From: Lingula anatina
Lineage: Eukaryota > Animalia > Brachiopoda
DNA: 64,000 bases
NCBI GenBank assembly: GCA_051362555.1
Contig: CM120648.1
Coordinates: 10,722,587 to 10,786,586, forward strand
Reading direction: 5' to 3'
Of the stretch, positions 51,791 to 64,000 are shown one piece after another (the first letter of the stretch is position 1; every line of letters begins with the position of its first letter). A model generated the notes under the pieces. That model made no database searches and was not told the DNA's origin. It worked only from the letters and a program-made list of their open reading frames with translations. Both the position numbers and the translations under genes were made by a program.

Positions 51791-54700
51791 TGCATACGCA
51801 TAATCCTTACCGTGCGAGACCCAGCCAATGTGAATTTCTGCTCCACGGTCGTCGAGTTCTTGAAAACCTCTTGGGCCACCGTGTCTGGGGTGGAGGCAAC
51901 GATTTCCATGTCCAGGCGCGGGTAGGTGACGTCAACCAGGCGGGATTCTTTGATCGGGTTTAGGATGGCGAAACCGAGGCTATCTACGTCACTGGCAGAA
52001 TAACCAAACATTCCGCAGACGACACCGGAACCGACATTGGGAAAGTAACGGCCTTCATCTTTGAGCTTTTTTGCGAAAATCCCCCATTCCCGTCCTTTGT
52101 TAGTACTGAACCATATTGCTCCGAGTCGATACCTGTGATAAAATATAGTGAAATAGCACATTTTTATAATAATATGTGACATTGTGTGTATTCGTATTTT
52201 AGAACAGCCCGCATATCTTAACACATATATACTTATGGTATAAAGTTGAGCCACAACGTTAGGTTGAATGGAATGTATGGTCAAAATAAGTACTCGATCT
52301 TACACACCCATTACTTTAAGTCACACTAAGCTAGAACGTCGCGGACAGAGATTGCAATTAAGCGATCTTCAACTTCAAGTTCATGATTACTCCTAATCCT
52401 CGTGATTTTTTTATGTTTATCGGTCTCCTCTTTAAAATGTTTGTCCTACGGACATGATGTGACTTTAAAACATATACTTACTCCCCGTGGCACTCAGTAC
52501 CGCTTGCCTGGAGGTTGAGCCGTGTAAGGTATTCTCCGGGCTGCAGGGTAAACTCGCTGGAATCGCCGCTGCGACAGCCCGCCAAGTAACTGCTGCCGTC
52601 ACTCATTCACATCTCGACTCCGCGAATACGGTTTTCGTACTTCCATGCCCTGATCTTGGTCATTATTGCACCTTGGTCGATTTTCAACCATTCGAATCGA
52701 TTGCCTCCATTCCCGCCGTTTGACTGAAGAGGAAAATTGTAGTATGTACAAAAATTAATACACTCGTTTTAATGAAGATTCCAACCTAAATGTGTCAGCA
52801 ATTCGTTGTAAGATTTAAAGTGCACTTAGGGAATGGAATTTGCTGCCAGTTTTACTATGTAGGAAAAGCTTTCGAGAACTATTATCTATTCAAGAAATTT
52901 TATGAATAGAATTTGTATGAAAGAATTCTCAATGTGAGTGATGATGGAACATACTTTGTTTCTACATCATTTTTTTATTTTACTAACCTTTTATAATTTT
53001 TATAAGTTGTATTCTAAAGTCTACTGAACAAATTTGGATTTAAGATTCAAAAGAAATATCATAATAATTATAGTTACAGTATTACTATTCTTTGATAGAT
53101 ATACATGGTCTTATTGATTGTTGGATTATAAGTCCTGTTGCACTAAAGGATTGCACACTTATGTTGGGGAAATTAAAACCGATTTTTTTTTAAATCGAAG
53201 CAAAATAAAATGAAAACGACAATATCTTTTATAAGTGCACATGGCAACAAGAAAACAAGAAAACACCTTAAAGAAAAGAATAAAAAATTCAGACAATTGC
53301 AAGTCAGAGAAAAGAAAGAAAGTGAAGAAGGAAAGAAAAATGTAGAAGAGGGAAGAAAATTACACTAAGTCGGAGATATCACAAAGTGCAACAAACGGAA
53401 ATGGCCCATCGACTTTCTGCTTTCAACTTGATGTTGAGGGTCACTTCGCCTTCGCAGCTGCAGATTTCCCGTTTCACGCGGTGCATTTCTGTATAACCCG
53501 TTCTTCAAAGTTCTTTATGGGCGTCTGAGGTTTTTTAGCCATCGGCTCGTTGTGAGTAGCCGTTAGCAAAACAACATTATGGCGTTTATTACATCTGCGG
53601 ATGGAGATCGATTAAGCAGGTGCTGGGGTCAAGGAGGGGCAGAGCCACATACGTGAAAATTATTTTTTGATTTTGTTTCATGTTTGTTATCGATTAGTAC
53701 CAGTCCTTTTTTTATGATCATATCTTATCAGTTTTAACATAGTACTTTAAAAGCCTACCAGTGCAAAATAAAATAAAATAAACATTGGTCTAAACGCTTG
53801 GCCTGGATTTTTTCTTGTTACAAAGCGGGCGCAATAATTCATTGAAATGGACTTTCTCTGATTTATCCGGGGTCAAAGCGCAGCAAGAAACAACAAGAGT
53901 CGTGGATTTCTAACTAGCTGTATTCTCATTGTCTAAAGTTCCCCCTTAGTCTATCCGGTCTACCATAATCCCTTTTTTAAATGAAAAATCGTTACTATTA
54001 AATTATTACTAACCGAATTTAATTACAATCTTAAAATGATCTAGTCTATCGTCATTGGATAGGAAAACAGGTGCGCGACAGTTTAGAGGAGCGCGACATC
54101 TTAAGGAGCCCGTCCGCGACCCTTACAGTGCATTGATATTTTGAATTTATCGTTTAATGCTAATTTTTCGGACTAAACTTATTTTGAGAAACAGTCATTT
54201 GTTCTAGAACGGTAAGGGCAACGCCCTATATTTAATGTGCCAGCATCTGCCTGCGCGTAGTTTCCCGCGTTACTCATTTATTCCCTCATATTAGCTAAAC
54301 TGAGAAAAAGCTAAAATTGAGACTTTATTCAACCAGCAGTTTTCAAATAAATGAGATAATTACACTCTTATGGTGATTGACATGTGTTATTAAAAATAAT
54401 ATTCGTTTAAAAAACAGAGCTTATATGTTGAATTTTTATCTGCGGCAGCAGTAAGGTCGAAAATCGACTATTTAAACTAAATAGATTTTTCAAATGCAAA
54501 TTTATGGTTGAAAATTGACGTGTTATTTGAAAACCAATAAGATGTAGAAGAAGAAACAAACAAACAAAAATAAATTAATCTTAATACTTATATATTCGTA
54601 ACAGCGTTAATTTTGTAACCTTAATGTGCTTCCCAGCAGTCCTACATTAAGTTCGTCAGTTCATTTTCAAATCCGTTGTTCTTTCGAAACCCTTTTTAAA

Positions 54701-55191
54701 ATTTAGCTTGCCATCCGAAATATTTTTGCAGATGGTAGCAATTATTCGGTTACACACATGGAAGGTGTAGCATTGAGATAATCATTATATTTCTAATACG
54801 TCAAATATGTACATAACAAACTTACCTTGTTATCCGCGAAAAGTTGAGTATCAATGTCAAATGTTCTCAAAGTGGGCATCTTGGCGTCTTTGTGATTTTC
54901 CTGTCCCTTTGAAAATATTTATGGAAACGTTATGCATAAATAAATAGTTGGACAAAGTATTAGATGAAAAGAAATTATTCATCTGCCTTCTCCAGAAAAT
55001 ATTGCCCAACGACAGGTACATCTTTCAGTGACAAAGCTATAGGCTTAGTAGTATATAGTTTTTTCATACACACACATATATTATACATATTTTTTCAAAA
55101 TTCTGAATGTTAAGTACTCATGTAAAATAACTGGCAAAAATCACCTGTTTTTGCACGGCTCCGTCTACGTCTATTTCCAAGTGGACAAGGC

Positions 55192-55226
55192 AGTGAGGTC
55201 CAATGGGAAAACTGCTCTATTTATAT
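55192..55226 (-). promoter_or_regulatory. TATA box plus Inr of the aerolysin-like gene
   Basis: Minus-strand TATAAATA starts at 55225, 31 nt upstream of the A in TCACT (55194). A short exon follows, ending AAACAG|GTGATT at 55145. Confidence 0.55.
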
Positions 55227-55992
55227 GCGTGCCTGAGGTCACGTGTAACTGGCGGTTTCTGGATCTAACAAAGCTATACCTCCTTTCGTTTCAAGTTACG
55301 CAAATACATGTAAGGACATTCAGAAGTACTTTTTACAAGCTAGGTCACTATTCGGCCATTCCACTGAGAGCTATGTGTACCAGTACCGGTCAGAACTTTT
55401 TTCACGCGTGATAAGAATAGCTATGTTATTAATGTAAGATGCACTAATTAAAGCTTCCAACAATTTGTGGTCAGGAACAATAAAACAATACATTTTATCG
55501 CCCACTCAGTATGCCAACCGTTATCAAATAACCATAAACTGAAACACGTACAGAAATTCAATTATTTGAAAAATATCAATGTTGTTTTAACATGTCATTA
55601 CATGCAATATTATTCTCTGCTATGGATATCTTATTAGCCATCATTGTACATAATATTATCCATCGGACACTAGTTTAAAGTACATGGATGCATGATGGCA
55701 TCTTAAGTTTGAAAACATAGATCAGCAGATATCTGCATACCAGACGCAACTCTCATAACTTAAATAGTGGCAGTACATATATCTTGTTGTCGCATGGCTA
55801 CATTGTACAACCATGCAGTTCTTGTACTTTTATCGGAATGCACATCAACTCAATACCCCTAGTAGTAAATCAGGTTATGACAGCTCCGGGTTTAAAATTA
55901 GGGTCTACGGCATGTGTTTCTGCACATGGAAGACATTAAAGGACTTTTGTGGGAAATTATGCACAAGAAAGAGAAACAGGTTAGCGGAACAA

Positions 55993-56183
55993 TCAGGTTA
56001 GCCGCTTAAATCGTGCTTTGGACCATGATTGTGGGTATTGGCTGTTCCGCATCCCTTCTAGATCCCTTTCACGGCGTACAAGTACTTGTACTGATACATG
56101 TATCCGTGGACAAGTATGATCAAGATGTTGGCCTCCTATATGGTATCTATATTGTCCACACACATGGTGACTTTGGCTTGAAC
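55993..56183 (-). pseudogene. Orphan terminal exon of a second aerolysin-like paralog
   Basis: cag|VQAKVTMCVDNIDTI*EANILIILVHG..YAVKGI* is homologous to 50236-50048 and contains stops. Flanking intron similarity at 56215-56235 (vs 50285-50303) and about 56788-56840 (vs about 53197-53250). Confidence 0.8.
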
Positions 56184-57008
56184 CTGCAATTAAAGCAAAA
56201 TAATTGCCGAGCATAATATTAGTAGAAACTCAACGAAATCACCCTTTAATCAGCCTAGTATTACAAAAAAAGTGTATGATTTGTAAAATATAAATCCGAT
56301 GTTCTGCCTGCCGCTTGCCTGAAGATTGAGCTTTGCATTTAGTTATAATATAATAGCTTGGGTTAGCCTGACCTAGGTAGGTCAAAATCTAGGGAGAGGC
56401 TTACCTGTACAAATAACGCAGACTCTCTGTCATGAGGGACTCTCTGTCAAGTTACACAGGCACTCATCCTAATCTCAGCTCCTCGGATAAGACTATTTTG
56501 CTTCCATGCCCTGGTTCTGGCTTGGACATAATAACGAATATTATGTCCAAGCTTCTGGTCATTATAGCCCCTTGATCAGCTTTCAATCATCAGAATTTAT
56601 TTTCCTTTGTCCTGCCATTCGCCTGAAAATAAATATCTTTACCAGAATTCAGAGACTTATGTTTACCGACGTGGTTTTCAAAGAGCAATCGATTCATTGG
56701 TCGCTAAAATAGATTTTCGATATGATATCTGCTAAGCTATAGATTTGCAAAAACCGGGTTGACAAAATATAAATTTGGAGAAAATACGAAGCAAAAATAA
56801 AATGAAAACGGACATGTTTTCAAGAGTAAACATGACAAACCCCAATTACAGAAAAACAATAACATAAGAAACAAGTTTTTTTAAAAGAAAGAAAGTATCT
56901 TTGTGTGAATATGATAACGTCTTACCCCGACTACAACGGTATACCATACCACGTCGCAGAATGTGGTACTGGGTAAGGTACACCGTTTCTCTCAGGCCAT
57001 TCCCCCTT

Positions 57009-57050
<42 letters not shown>

Positions 57051-57423
57051 CTTTGCAGCAACTTACCCTATAGAATCTTATAACCCCAGATTGCTACAGA
57101 CGAAAACGCTCAAGAGACCATAGTACACCATTGAATTGTTCTAGTACATTGTGCCACTATATATCGAGAAAAGTGCTAGTGTTGTAAAAGTTTGCAGTTT
57201 ATTTATTATTTCTTCTTTTAAAAGGTGAGTTAATAAAAAGAGAACGCCAGGGAACATACTAATTAAACTATTATAGCTTATAGGCGTTGTGATTCCCGAC
57301 AGTGTTCTTTTGACGTCATCAGAACAAGTGGACTAGCGTTGGTCTGACACCTGTTACGAAAAGCATGACCGATGTTTTGTGGTCTGAAATTCAAAGGCAT
57401 CTGTTACATGCGTATTCTGAGTA

Positions 57424-57598
57424 CAGGCCCGTAGCCAGGGGGTGGGGTGGGTTCGGGGGGTTCGAAAGAACCCCCCTTTTTGCTGGAAAAAGGTCCACTC
57501 TGGGTAAAATTTGACCTAGGTACATGGGGATTATATGGTAAAAGGTCCACTTTTTCAGAAAAAGAGCCCCCCATTTGAAATTGCTGGCTACGGGCCTG
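57424..57598. mobile_element. 175-bp MITE with 15-bp TIR and apparent 5-bp target duplication
   Basis: GAGTA-CAGGCCCGTAGCCAG...CTGGCTACGGGCCTG-GAGTA. Absent from the paralogous region near 62340. Confidence 0.75.
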
Positions 57599-58839
57599 GA
57601 GTATGTGCATCATGTGTATAAACCCCTTGTATTTTCCCAAAATCCGAAAAAGTACCAAATATTGACGTATCTCAACTCCACTGTAATGGGCCTATATCTA
57701 CCTGCTTTTACCTTCAAAACTATTTAAGGCATTATTTTCCATTAAAAAGGAGAAATTACTGTTGTCGTTGTATTGTTAAATGGTGTCAAAATTTTGTGTC
57801 TTCTAATGTCGTCAAATATAATATTGCCTCAAAAGTTTCTTCGTTGATGTCTTTGCTTGCTTTTACCTCATTTCCTAGCCAACGTGTTATTTTTTATTTA
57901 TTTATTTATTTATTTTGTCTATATTCAGCAGTCATTCTACACTAGTATTTCCACACGCTACAAGTCTGGCATGTGAATAGTTTTATCTATCGACGACCTC
58001 TTCTCGACGTGGTCAATTTGGGTTAACTTACACATATATGATAGCATGGTTGGATTGCATGAATTATTAATCTAAACTAAACACTGGCACAAGAAGTTTT
58101 AATGCAAGACCGGTAACAGCACCGATATTTGCTAAAAGATAATAAGACACCAACCCGTAAACGGAGGGGAAGAAGGTCATTCGCCCGTGTGGCATAAAAT
58201 AAAACCTGCTTCAAATGAAATTTGGTTTAGGTCAACTGCGGGGGTCAAAAAGACCAACCTTTTCAGTAAAAGGAAAACCCCGACCATTTAAAGTTGTGGG
58301 CTACAGGCAGGAGGTACATGAAATGGAGGTTTATCCTGGTGCTGGACCTATTTCAAAATAAAGGAAGGAATGAATTAATAAATGAACAAAAATGAAATGA
58401 TATGTCTCACAGAGCAAGCACTTGCAAACTACAACACAATATATCTAAAAAGCGGTATTGAGCTGAAATTTATGAATTACTTGCTTAAAGTCATAAAAAC
58501 TTGAAATTAGTACAATCCTGTTGGGTGGTAGCAAAAAATAAATAAATAAAATAAAATAAAATAAAATAAAATAAATAAACTAAAAAGCAAGCTACCTATA
58601 AGTTCTATTCTATACAGAAAAAGCACCACAAATGCTACACAGGAATATATTTATAATGGTTCTAAAATTATGTATCTGAAATATTGTATATTTCAAACGC
58701 AAAGTGAACACCATTAACTAAATAGTTTACACATTAGAAGTAAAATGTTATATTCTAAGAATAAGAATTTACAAGTTCAAAAATTAAAATAAACGATAAG
58801 ATTTAAATTAATTTTTATTTGCTTTCAGTAGTTTCAGAG

Positions 58840-59931
58840 ATGACACATGGGGGTGGATCTTGCGGCGGCGGATACAGCGGCGGTGGCGGCGGGTTCTACG
58901 GCAACGAATACTGGGGAGGAAACTACACACATCGTTCACATAATCATAAAGAAGAATGCCGTAAGTGCGGTATATGCATTTTCATGCTACTGGGCTCCCT
59001 GTTCTGTCTTACCAAACTAACCCGCAAACAGCGAATCGCCGTGTTATGGTGCCATATTGTCATTATTACTGTAGTGACGAGTGTAGTGCTGCACTCCAAA
59101 TACAACGCTACCAAGAAAGTCAACGTCGCTCCTACGGACATGCGCGCTTTGACCAAAGACACGACCACGTTTATAGGTGAAGGCATGACGCTGAGATCAC
59201 AAAGCAACTTCAATGCGTATTTGTTCAAGAAAGTGCCCAGGGTCGTCTATAATGCCACGGCAGTGCCGTATACGTACGACACAACGATAAGCTTACAACC
59301 TGACAAATACGAGTATTACGGTTATTATCTGCTTCCAGGGTCGACCATCGAGCAACGAGTGTGTAGCGATTTTACAGGCAGCAAAATTACCATGTTCGTG
59401 ATACGAGGCAGAGACAATCTCGACAAATGGATTAATAGTGAGAGCAAGATTGATTGCGGAAATTGTTACATCTACTCTCGCGTTGTCGAAGCAAGCTGTG
59501 GTCGTTGCTCCTGGGACGAGCATTTTTCAACTTACACTCTACATATAGAAGAAGCCGATGATTACTATTTTCTTTTCGCCAACTTTTTCCTGTACAACTC
59601 AAACGTCGTCCTTGCTCACTTCCGGTTGAACCGCACCATCTATGATGTCACGGACGGCCTTATGGAGTCATCATGTAATCATGTGACTCACTATTACCCA
59701 CTGGAGATAAATTCAGCGGAAGTTGTCGTCATCGAAGCGCCTGCGTCCTACTCACACGATGACGATATGGACGTCACAAACAACGCTCGTTCTTGGCTGT
59801 ACGTAGTTTTCTTCCTAGTCATCCCATTAGCACTTGGCGTCATCTTTTCGTTTCTTTTGTACCTCTTTTGCAAGGAATCTGAGAAGGTGGGATGGACAAC
59901 AAATACATTTAAGCACCTAGAGGTCAATTAA
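58840..59931 (+). CDS. Membrane protein with Gly-rich N-terminus and an APD1-4-like (DUF4792/DUF4793-type) lumenal domain, about 363 aa, single coding exon
   Basis: The ATG at 58840 follows the acceptor ttgctttcag (58828). A 5' UTR donor AAAAG|GTGAGT lies at 57224. There are N-terminal hydrophobic segments, YEYYGYYLLPGSTIEQRVC and ADDYYFLF motifs, and a C-terminal TM segment WLYVVFFLVIPLALGVIFSFLLYLFC. The family call is from motif recall only. Confidence 0.7.
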   Translation: MTHGGGSCGGGYSGGGGGFYGNEYWGGNYTHRSHNHKEECRKCGICIFMLLGSLFCLTKLTRKQRIAVLWCHIVIITVVTSVVLHSKYNATKKVNVAPTDMRALTKDTTTFIGEGMTLRSQSNFNAYLFKKVPRVVYNATAVPYTYDTTISLQPDKYEYYGYYLLPGSTIEQRVCSDFTGSKITMFVIRGRDNLDKWINSESKIDCGNCYIYSRVVEASCGRCSWDEHFSTYTLHIEEADDYYFLFANFFLYNSNVVLAHFRLNRTIYDVTDGLMESSCNHVTHYYPLEINSAEVVVIEAPASYSHDDDMDVTNNARSWLYVVFFLVIPLALGVIFSFLLYLFCKESEKVGWTTNTFKHLEVN

Positions 59932-61829
59932 TAAATGGCAGTTACGGGCGTGCAACCGGTGGTGCAGCAAACGTGTTTGGCATTCAAGTCTCGGAATGCA
60001 TTTCATTGGCATCAAAAGATCGAGATCCCTCCCGTGAGTAAAGAGACCGGATGCAGTCGTCGTATGGACAGGCTGTGTAAAAGGCGGCTTGGACAACGTT
60101 GTTGCATTTCCATAAATTATGAAAATACTAGTGAATTTGTCTTTTGGGATTTAAAATGTAATATTCTTGATGTATTGTGAAACCTACATGTTATGTACGT
60201 GCATATAGAAATGTGTGTCCGGTTATTTTTCTTAACTGAACGATCAACATATCATTTCAATCTACATCAAAGCAAAGAATACACGATCAGTGCAATGGTT
60301 TCGACACTGTGTTACCTGTAGTGAATCAGAATTATTCGTATTTGTGCAAAAAACCAATAGGCCTGCTGTAATTATATTTTTACCATTTTTAATGATGTAA
60401 TATACGATACTAAAATAAACATATAACTGCACTCCACATTATTGTGTTTGTATTGACATGTATCATTTGCATTTTATCTCCTGACCAAGATATGCCAAGA
60501 TATGCCATATGGTCCTGTCTCAAACCTCACTCTTTCTCTCTCTCTCAAACATCAGCCTAGAGAAATGAAGCCGAAAGAGATGTACCTTTCTCAATATCTG
60601 AATGCGACCAAAACTTCGTCGTTTACAATAAGCACGTTAGTGTAATGCTGAAAAACTTAATCCAAAGTGATAAATAACCCAGGAACTTTGGAAAGTGACT
60701 CCACAGTTTGATAATTAAGATTTATTTGTCTGCACCTTAGGGAGAATTACCGATGAAACAGATCGTCTCTCCAAGTACGATAAGGTTACAGGAAGGCAGG
60801 CAAAAGCAATGCTGTAATGTTCACAAATCGTGTTGGTCGCCCAGTTGTCCGCTCAATACTTCATAATGCGGTGCATAGCACTTACGCCCTCCGGATTTTT
60901 TTATATAGACATTTTGTTTCAGCGGGTATAATATACATAAAATTATGTGTAATTTCATACTGAAACAAAAATGTTTGCAACATATGTGCAAAAACGCCAC
61001 CCTTCTTCACTTATCCTTAGAACGACACGCGCCATTAAACAGATTAAATCCCGGTTCCGACGTTCAAATGCTAGGATCCTGCAGCGACGGCGCGTATGGA
61101 GGCGGGATGACCATCAGGGAATTAGTCGGCGCTGCTTTAAAGGGAGTCGGCCATATTTAGTTCGCGGGTCCGTCAGTCCGCGAATCAACATGTTCTGAAT
61201 GCCCTTCCCTGAACGTAGTGTGGCAATAAGCTGATAGCCTGTAATACCATTGTGATTGTATTATCCACATCATATGTATCATCACAGATAATAACAGTTA
61301 TGCTGTTAATATAAACTGATATAAATACGTGATTCAAATAAAAAGGACATATAACACACAGGACCAAACAAAATTCGACTCGTACCGATAATATCGCATC
61401 TGCTTGACTTTCGCTGTCCGCCTCTTTGAACAAAGACACCGTTTGTATTTCCAACATGTCTGAAGTCTGCAGGTGTGTGCTGGACCATTTCCCTTAACAA
61501 ACAGGGGTTGAGGTTTCAACCGTTCAGGGCATTGGGGCTGGCCAATCATTTTCTTTACATATAACGTAACAAGACTGAGAATAGTTCATCTTTTACTGGA
61601 CCTGCTGCAGTCACCGAGAGGGAGACGCAACGCAAAATCCAGTTATAAATTTTAATAACTTATCTTTATATAAAATGTAATACTTATCTTTGATAATAAT
61701 AATAATAATTGACCCTTTTAGTCCTTTTTTTACTAGTATGAAAAATTTGGAACCCATATTCAGAGTGGAGGAATCCTGCAGGTCCTCCATTTCTCTCCCC
61801 CGCTCCCCTCCTAACTCACTCCGACCCCA

Positions 61830-61865
<36 letters not shown>

Positions 61866-62087
61866 ATTTGTCTCTCTCTCTATCTATCGCTTTTGACATC
61901 ATCTTATCTTATAGAAACCTCTACAGATTGATTATACATATTTTACTGTCTGTTGCTGTTATATGTGACGCACGACCTCGTGATACAGTAGATACTTCGC
62001 AATATACAAAAATGACAGTGTGAACTAAAGTTAGCTCAGTAGCCAATATAAGTCCCGTTGATTACGATAAAGATAAAACCTATAGGT

Positions 62088-62430
62088 ACAGACAAAATCA
62101 CACTAGAGACCCTAGTACACCATTATATCCATTTTATTGGTTTCTTCGTTCTTTAAAAGGTGAGTAACCTAACATAACTGTATGCACAGAGAATACAACG
62201 CCAGATCACTTGAACTATAATATCTAAAATGAGTTGTAATTTATTACATGTGTCTTGTACTTCTGACGCCATCAGTACGAACAGTCAGGTGGTCTAGCGT
62301 TGGGCTGACTCCTGTATCGTTCTGTTGACAAATTTTGAGGAATCTCTTCCACTCTGCAATTTGTATAAACATCGTGTCTTTACCCAAAATCTGAACAAGG
62401 TCTTAATATTGACTTATCTCAACTCGATTG
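62088..62430 (+). repeat. Diverged duplicate of 57095-57680 (5' non-coding exon and donor region), probably the start of a downstream paralog
   Basis: Colinear shared blocks AGAGACC.TAGTACACCATT, TTTAAAAGGTGAGT, GACG.CATCAG, CTAGCGTTGG.CTGAC.CCTGT, and CCCAAAATC.GAA..AATATTGAC.TATCTCAACTC. Confidence 0.65.
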
Positions 62431-62639
62431 TTATTGGCTTTAGCGAAACATGGTTCGGTCAAAAAAGTATCCATATGTCGGCAATTACTATTTAGGATTT
62501 GAAAATTTGCATACAAGCGGTCGGTTGTGCAGTGCGTAAAATAGGTTAAGCATTGTTTTAAAAAATTGTCAGTCTGTGCAAGAATGGTGCGATAAAGACA
62601 AACATTGCTAGACAGATCACTGTGTCACACCGAACGGTC

Positions 62640-63340
62640 CGCACAGTTATATAAAGTTATACCCAGACTGATGTACCTACACAGAGTCCACACCCAATGT
62701 ATCGAAATCTAACCATCAGGATACAGGACTCATTGTCCTTCTGGATATGCTGCTGCAACTAAACAAACCACCCATTCCGTTCAGAATGAGGGGCAAATTG
62801 CCACAGGGTTTATAGTCATCCTGAAGAGGCCTGTATCGTGTGCAGCGTCTCAGGTGACTATGGTCGTTGGCAGCGTCAGTATTTGGAGTGGAGATCACAT
62901 TGGTGCCAAAACATAAATGGTAGTCATCCATGAAAACCTGAACCACATCAAATAAAGGAATAATCTGGGAGCTATTTGATACCATTTGGTAGGGGACACT
63001 TTGGGAACAATTTTAGGTTACACGATGAGATAACCAGTTCTCAAAGAGCACTTTTGATAGCAGATAACTTACAGAACCATGGGAATGAGCAGCTACCTTG
63101 GTCATCAAACTCGCCGTATTTGAACCACATAGACGACATGTGAGTGGGTCAAAACTGAATCAATTTAAACCAAACTGAACAAGTTTTGACCGATGTCTGG
63201 AATGTTATTCCAGATCAAACTCTACAAACCTATCCCAAGGAATGCCTTGCCACATGAGAGCCCTGGTAGCAGCCAGATGAGGTCTGGGATGACAGCGACC
63301 GTCGCTATGACTATAGACACTGACATGGGGGTCCTTTGTG
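62640..63340 (+). mobile_element. Heavily decayed Tc1-like transposase relic
   Basis: Fragments GSVSIWSG (cf. GSVMVWGG), LPWSSNSPYLNHIDDM* at 63093-63143 (cf. WPSNSPDLNPIEHVW), and VWNVIPDQTLQ. Ends not defined. Confidence 0.6.
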
Positions 63341-64000
63341 GGGAGTGTGACTATTTTACAGATGACAATTTGGAAAATATGGAGATCCAAAATATCGCTT
63401 TTAATGGTTGTCGCATGACTTAGAATAGGCAATGTATTTCAGAGTGCTTTATTGACGAATTTAATTGATGAAATGTCATCAAAGTAATAATTAAAAGTTG
63501 TTAAAACACGATTTTTATCCAAATTTCCAAATTTCAGCAAAAAAAAAAAAAACTGATGGAAAATTATTTGTAAAAAATATTCCATATTAAATGTCAATTC
63601 TGTATATTGACACGCGCGTGTAGAATATTTCGTTTACTCTTGATTTTTTTTTTAATTTAAAGGGATAAAAACTCTTCGTTTTGGGAAAAAAAAAAAAAAG
63701 AATTTTCCTGGAGTAAACAACCATTTTCCCCTACTTACCAATGGTTAATGAGTGCATTTTTACATTCAAAGTTTGTCCCTGTTTTTTCCTAAAATTTTTT
63801 TTATTTTTTTTGTTATAATTTCTTAAGAGATTATTACAGAGAATAGCCATCAATGGAGGTCACGTGGTCTAAAGACAAGCTCAGATATCAGAATAATACC
63901 TATAACTGCCGTTTTAGTGGTAAATGTTTTTATTGTGAAATATAGATCTCAAACGAAGAGTTATTATTCCATTAAGAATAGACATTAACAATTTTAAGAG

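Larger units (their letters stand above)
50048..55194 (-). pseudogene. Jacalin-lectin + aerolysin-type beta-pore-forming toxin (Dln1/Aep1/natterin-like), disabled
   Basis: Exon 52723-52482 reads SNGGNGGNRF..IRGVEM*MSDG..EFTLQPGEYLTRLNL. Exon 52132-51811 reads RLGAIWFSTNKG..VGSGVVCGMFGYSASDVDSLGFAIL..VTYP..KNSTTVEQ. Exon 51091-50888 reads WSETTG..VHAGVP..SWTVSQSSTYS..WPIVCP. Exon 50236-50048 reads YEANVLI..NGYQYKYAVKGIYQGL. Lesions: TGA at 52607-52609 in a Trp position, and an AA acceptor at 50237-50238. Probable upstream exons lie at about 53364-53550 (frameshifted), about 54826-54900, and a UTR exon 55145-55194. Confidence 0.85.

Noticed and set aside
51411-51803. 130-aa Thr/Asn-rich ORF
   Set aside because: Low-complexity AAC/ACC tract inside an intron of the opposite-strand toxin gene.
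52607-52609. In-frame TGA as selenocysteine
   Set aside because: It aligns to a Trp in Dln1-type proteins, the gene has other lesions, and no SECIS was recognised.
31286-59931. Idea that BCO, IAP, glycosyltransferase, toxin and membrane-protein genes form one functional cluster
   Set aside because: Unrelated families in mixed orientation, with no shared regulatory evidence. Adjacency in an animal genome is not sufficient.
60500-61620. Short ORFs and moderately GC-rich sequence
   Set aside because: No recognisable protein motif, consistent splice pattern or terminal repeats.

Overview
AT-rich, intron-containing animal genomic DNA, most likely from an invertebrate. The gene content is consistent with a lophotrochozoan such as a mollusc, but this cannot be proven from the sequence. 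Positions 1-30 kb hold a head-to-tail array of four paralogous secreted-protein genes built from a repeated two-exon cassette: a 10-Cys VWC-like domain split by a phase-2 intron, a Thr/Pro linker, and a 4-Cys truncated-EGF/FOLN-like module. Copy A shows only its last two exons. Copy B is a pseudogene. Copy C looks like a D/B chimera truncated by a TAA and carries a Tc1 transposon. Copy D is intact (14 exons, about 1011 aa). Downstream lie an intact 11-exon carotenoid oxygenase (BCO/RPE65 family, minus strand) and a divergently oriented BIR-UBA-RING IAP whose third exon has a TG instead of AG acceptor. Next come an intronless type II membrane GT-A-like glycosyltransferase and a jacalin+aerolysin (Dln1/natterin-like) pore-forming toxin pseudogene with a remnant of a second copy. 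The window ends with an intronless APD1-4-like membrane protein gene and the 5' end of a probable paralog. Several MITE families are present, including a Harbinger-type MITE nested inside its own copy, plus a second decayed Tc1. All exon coordinates were derived by hand from GT-AG signals and frame continuity.
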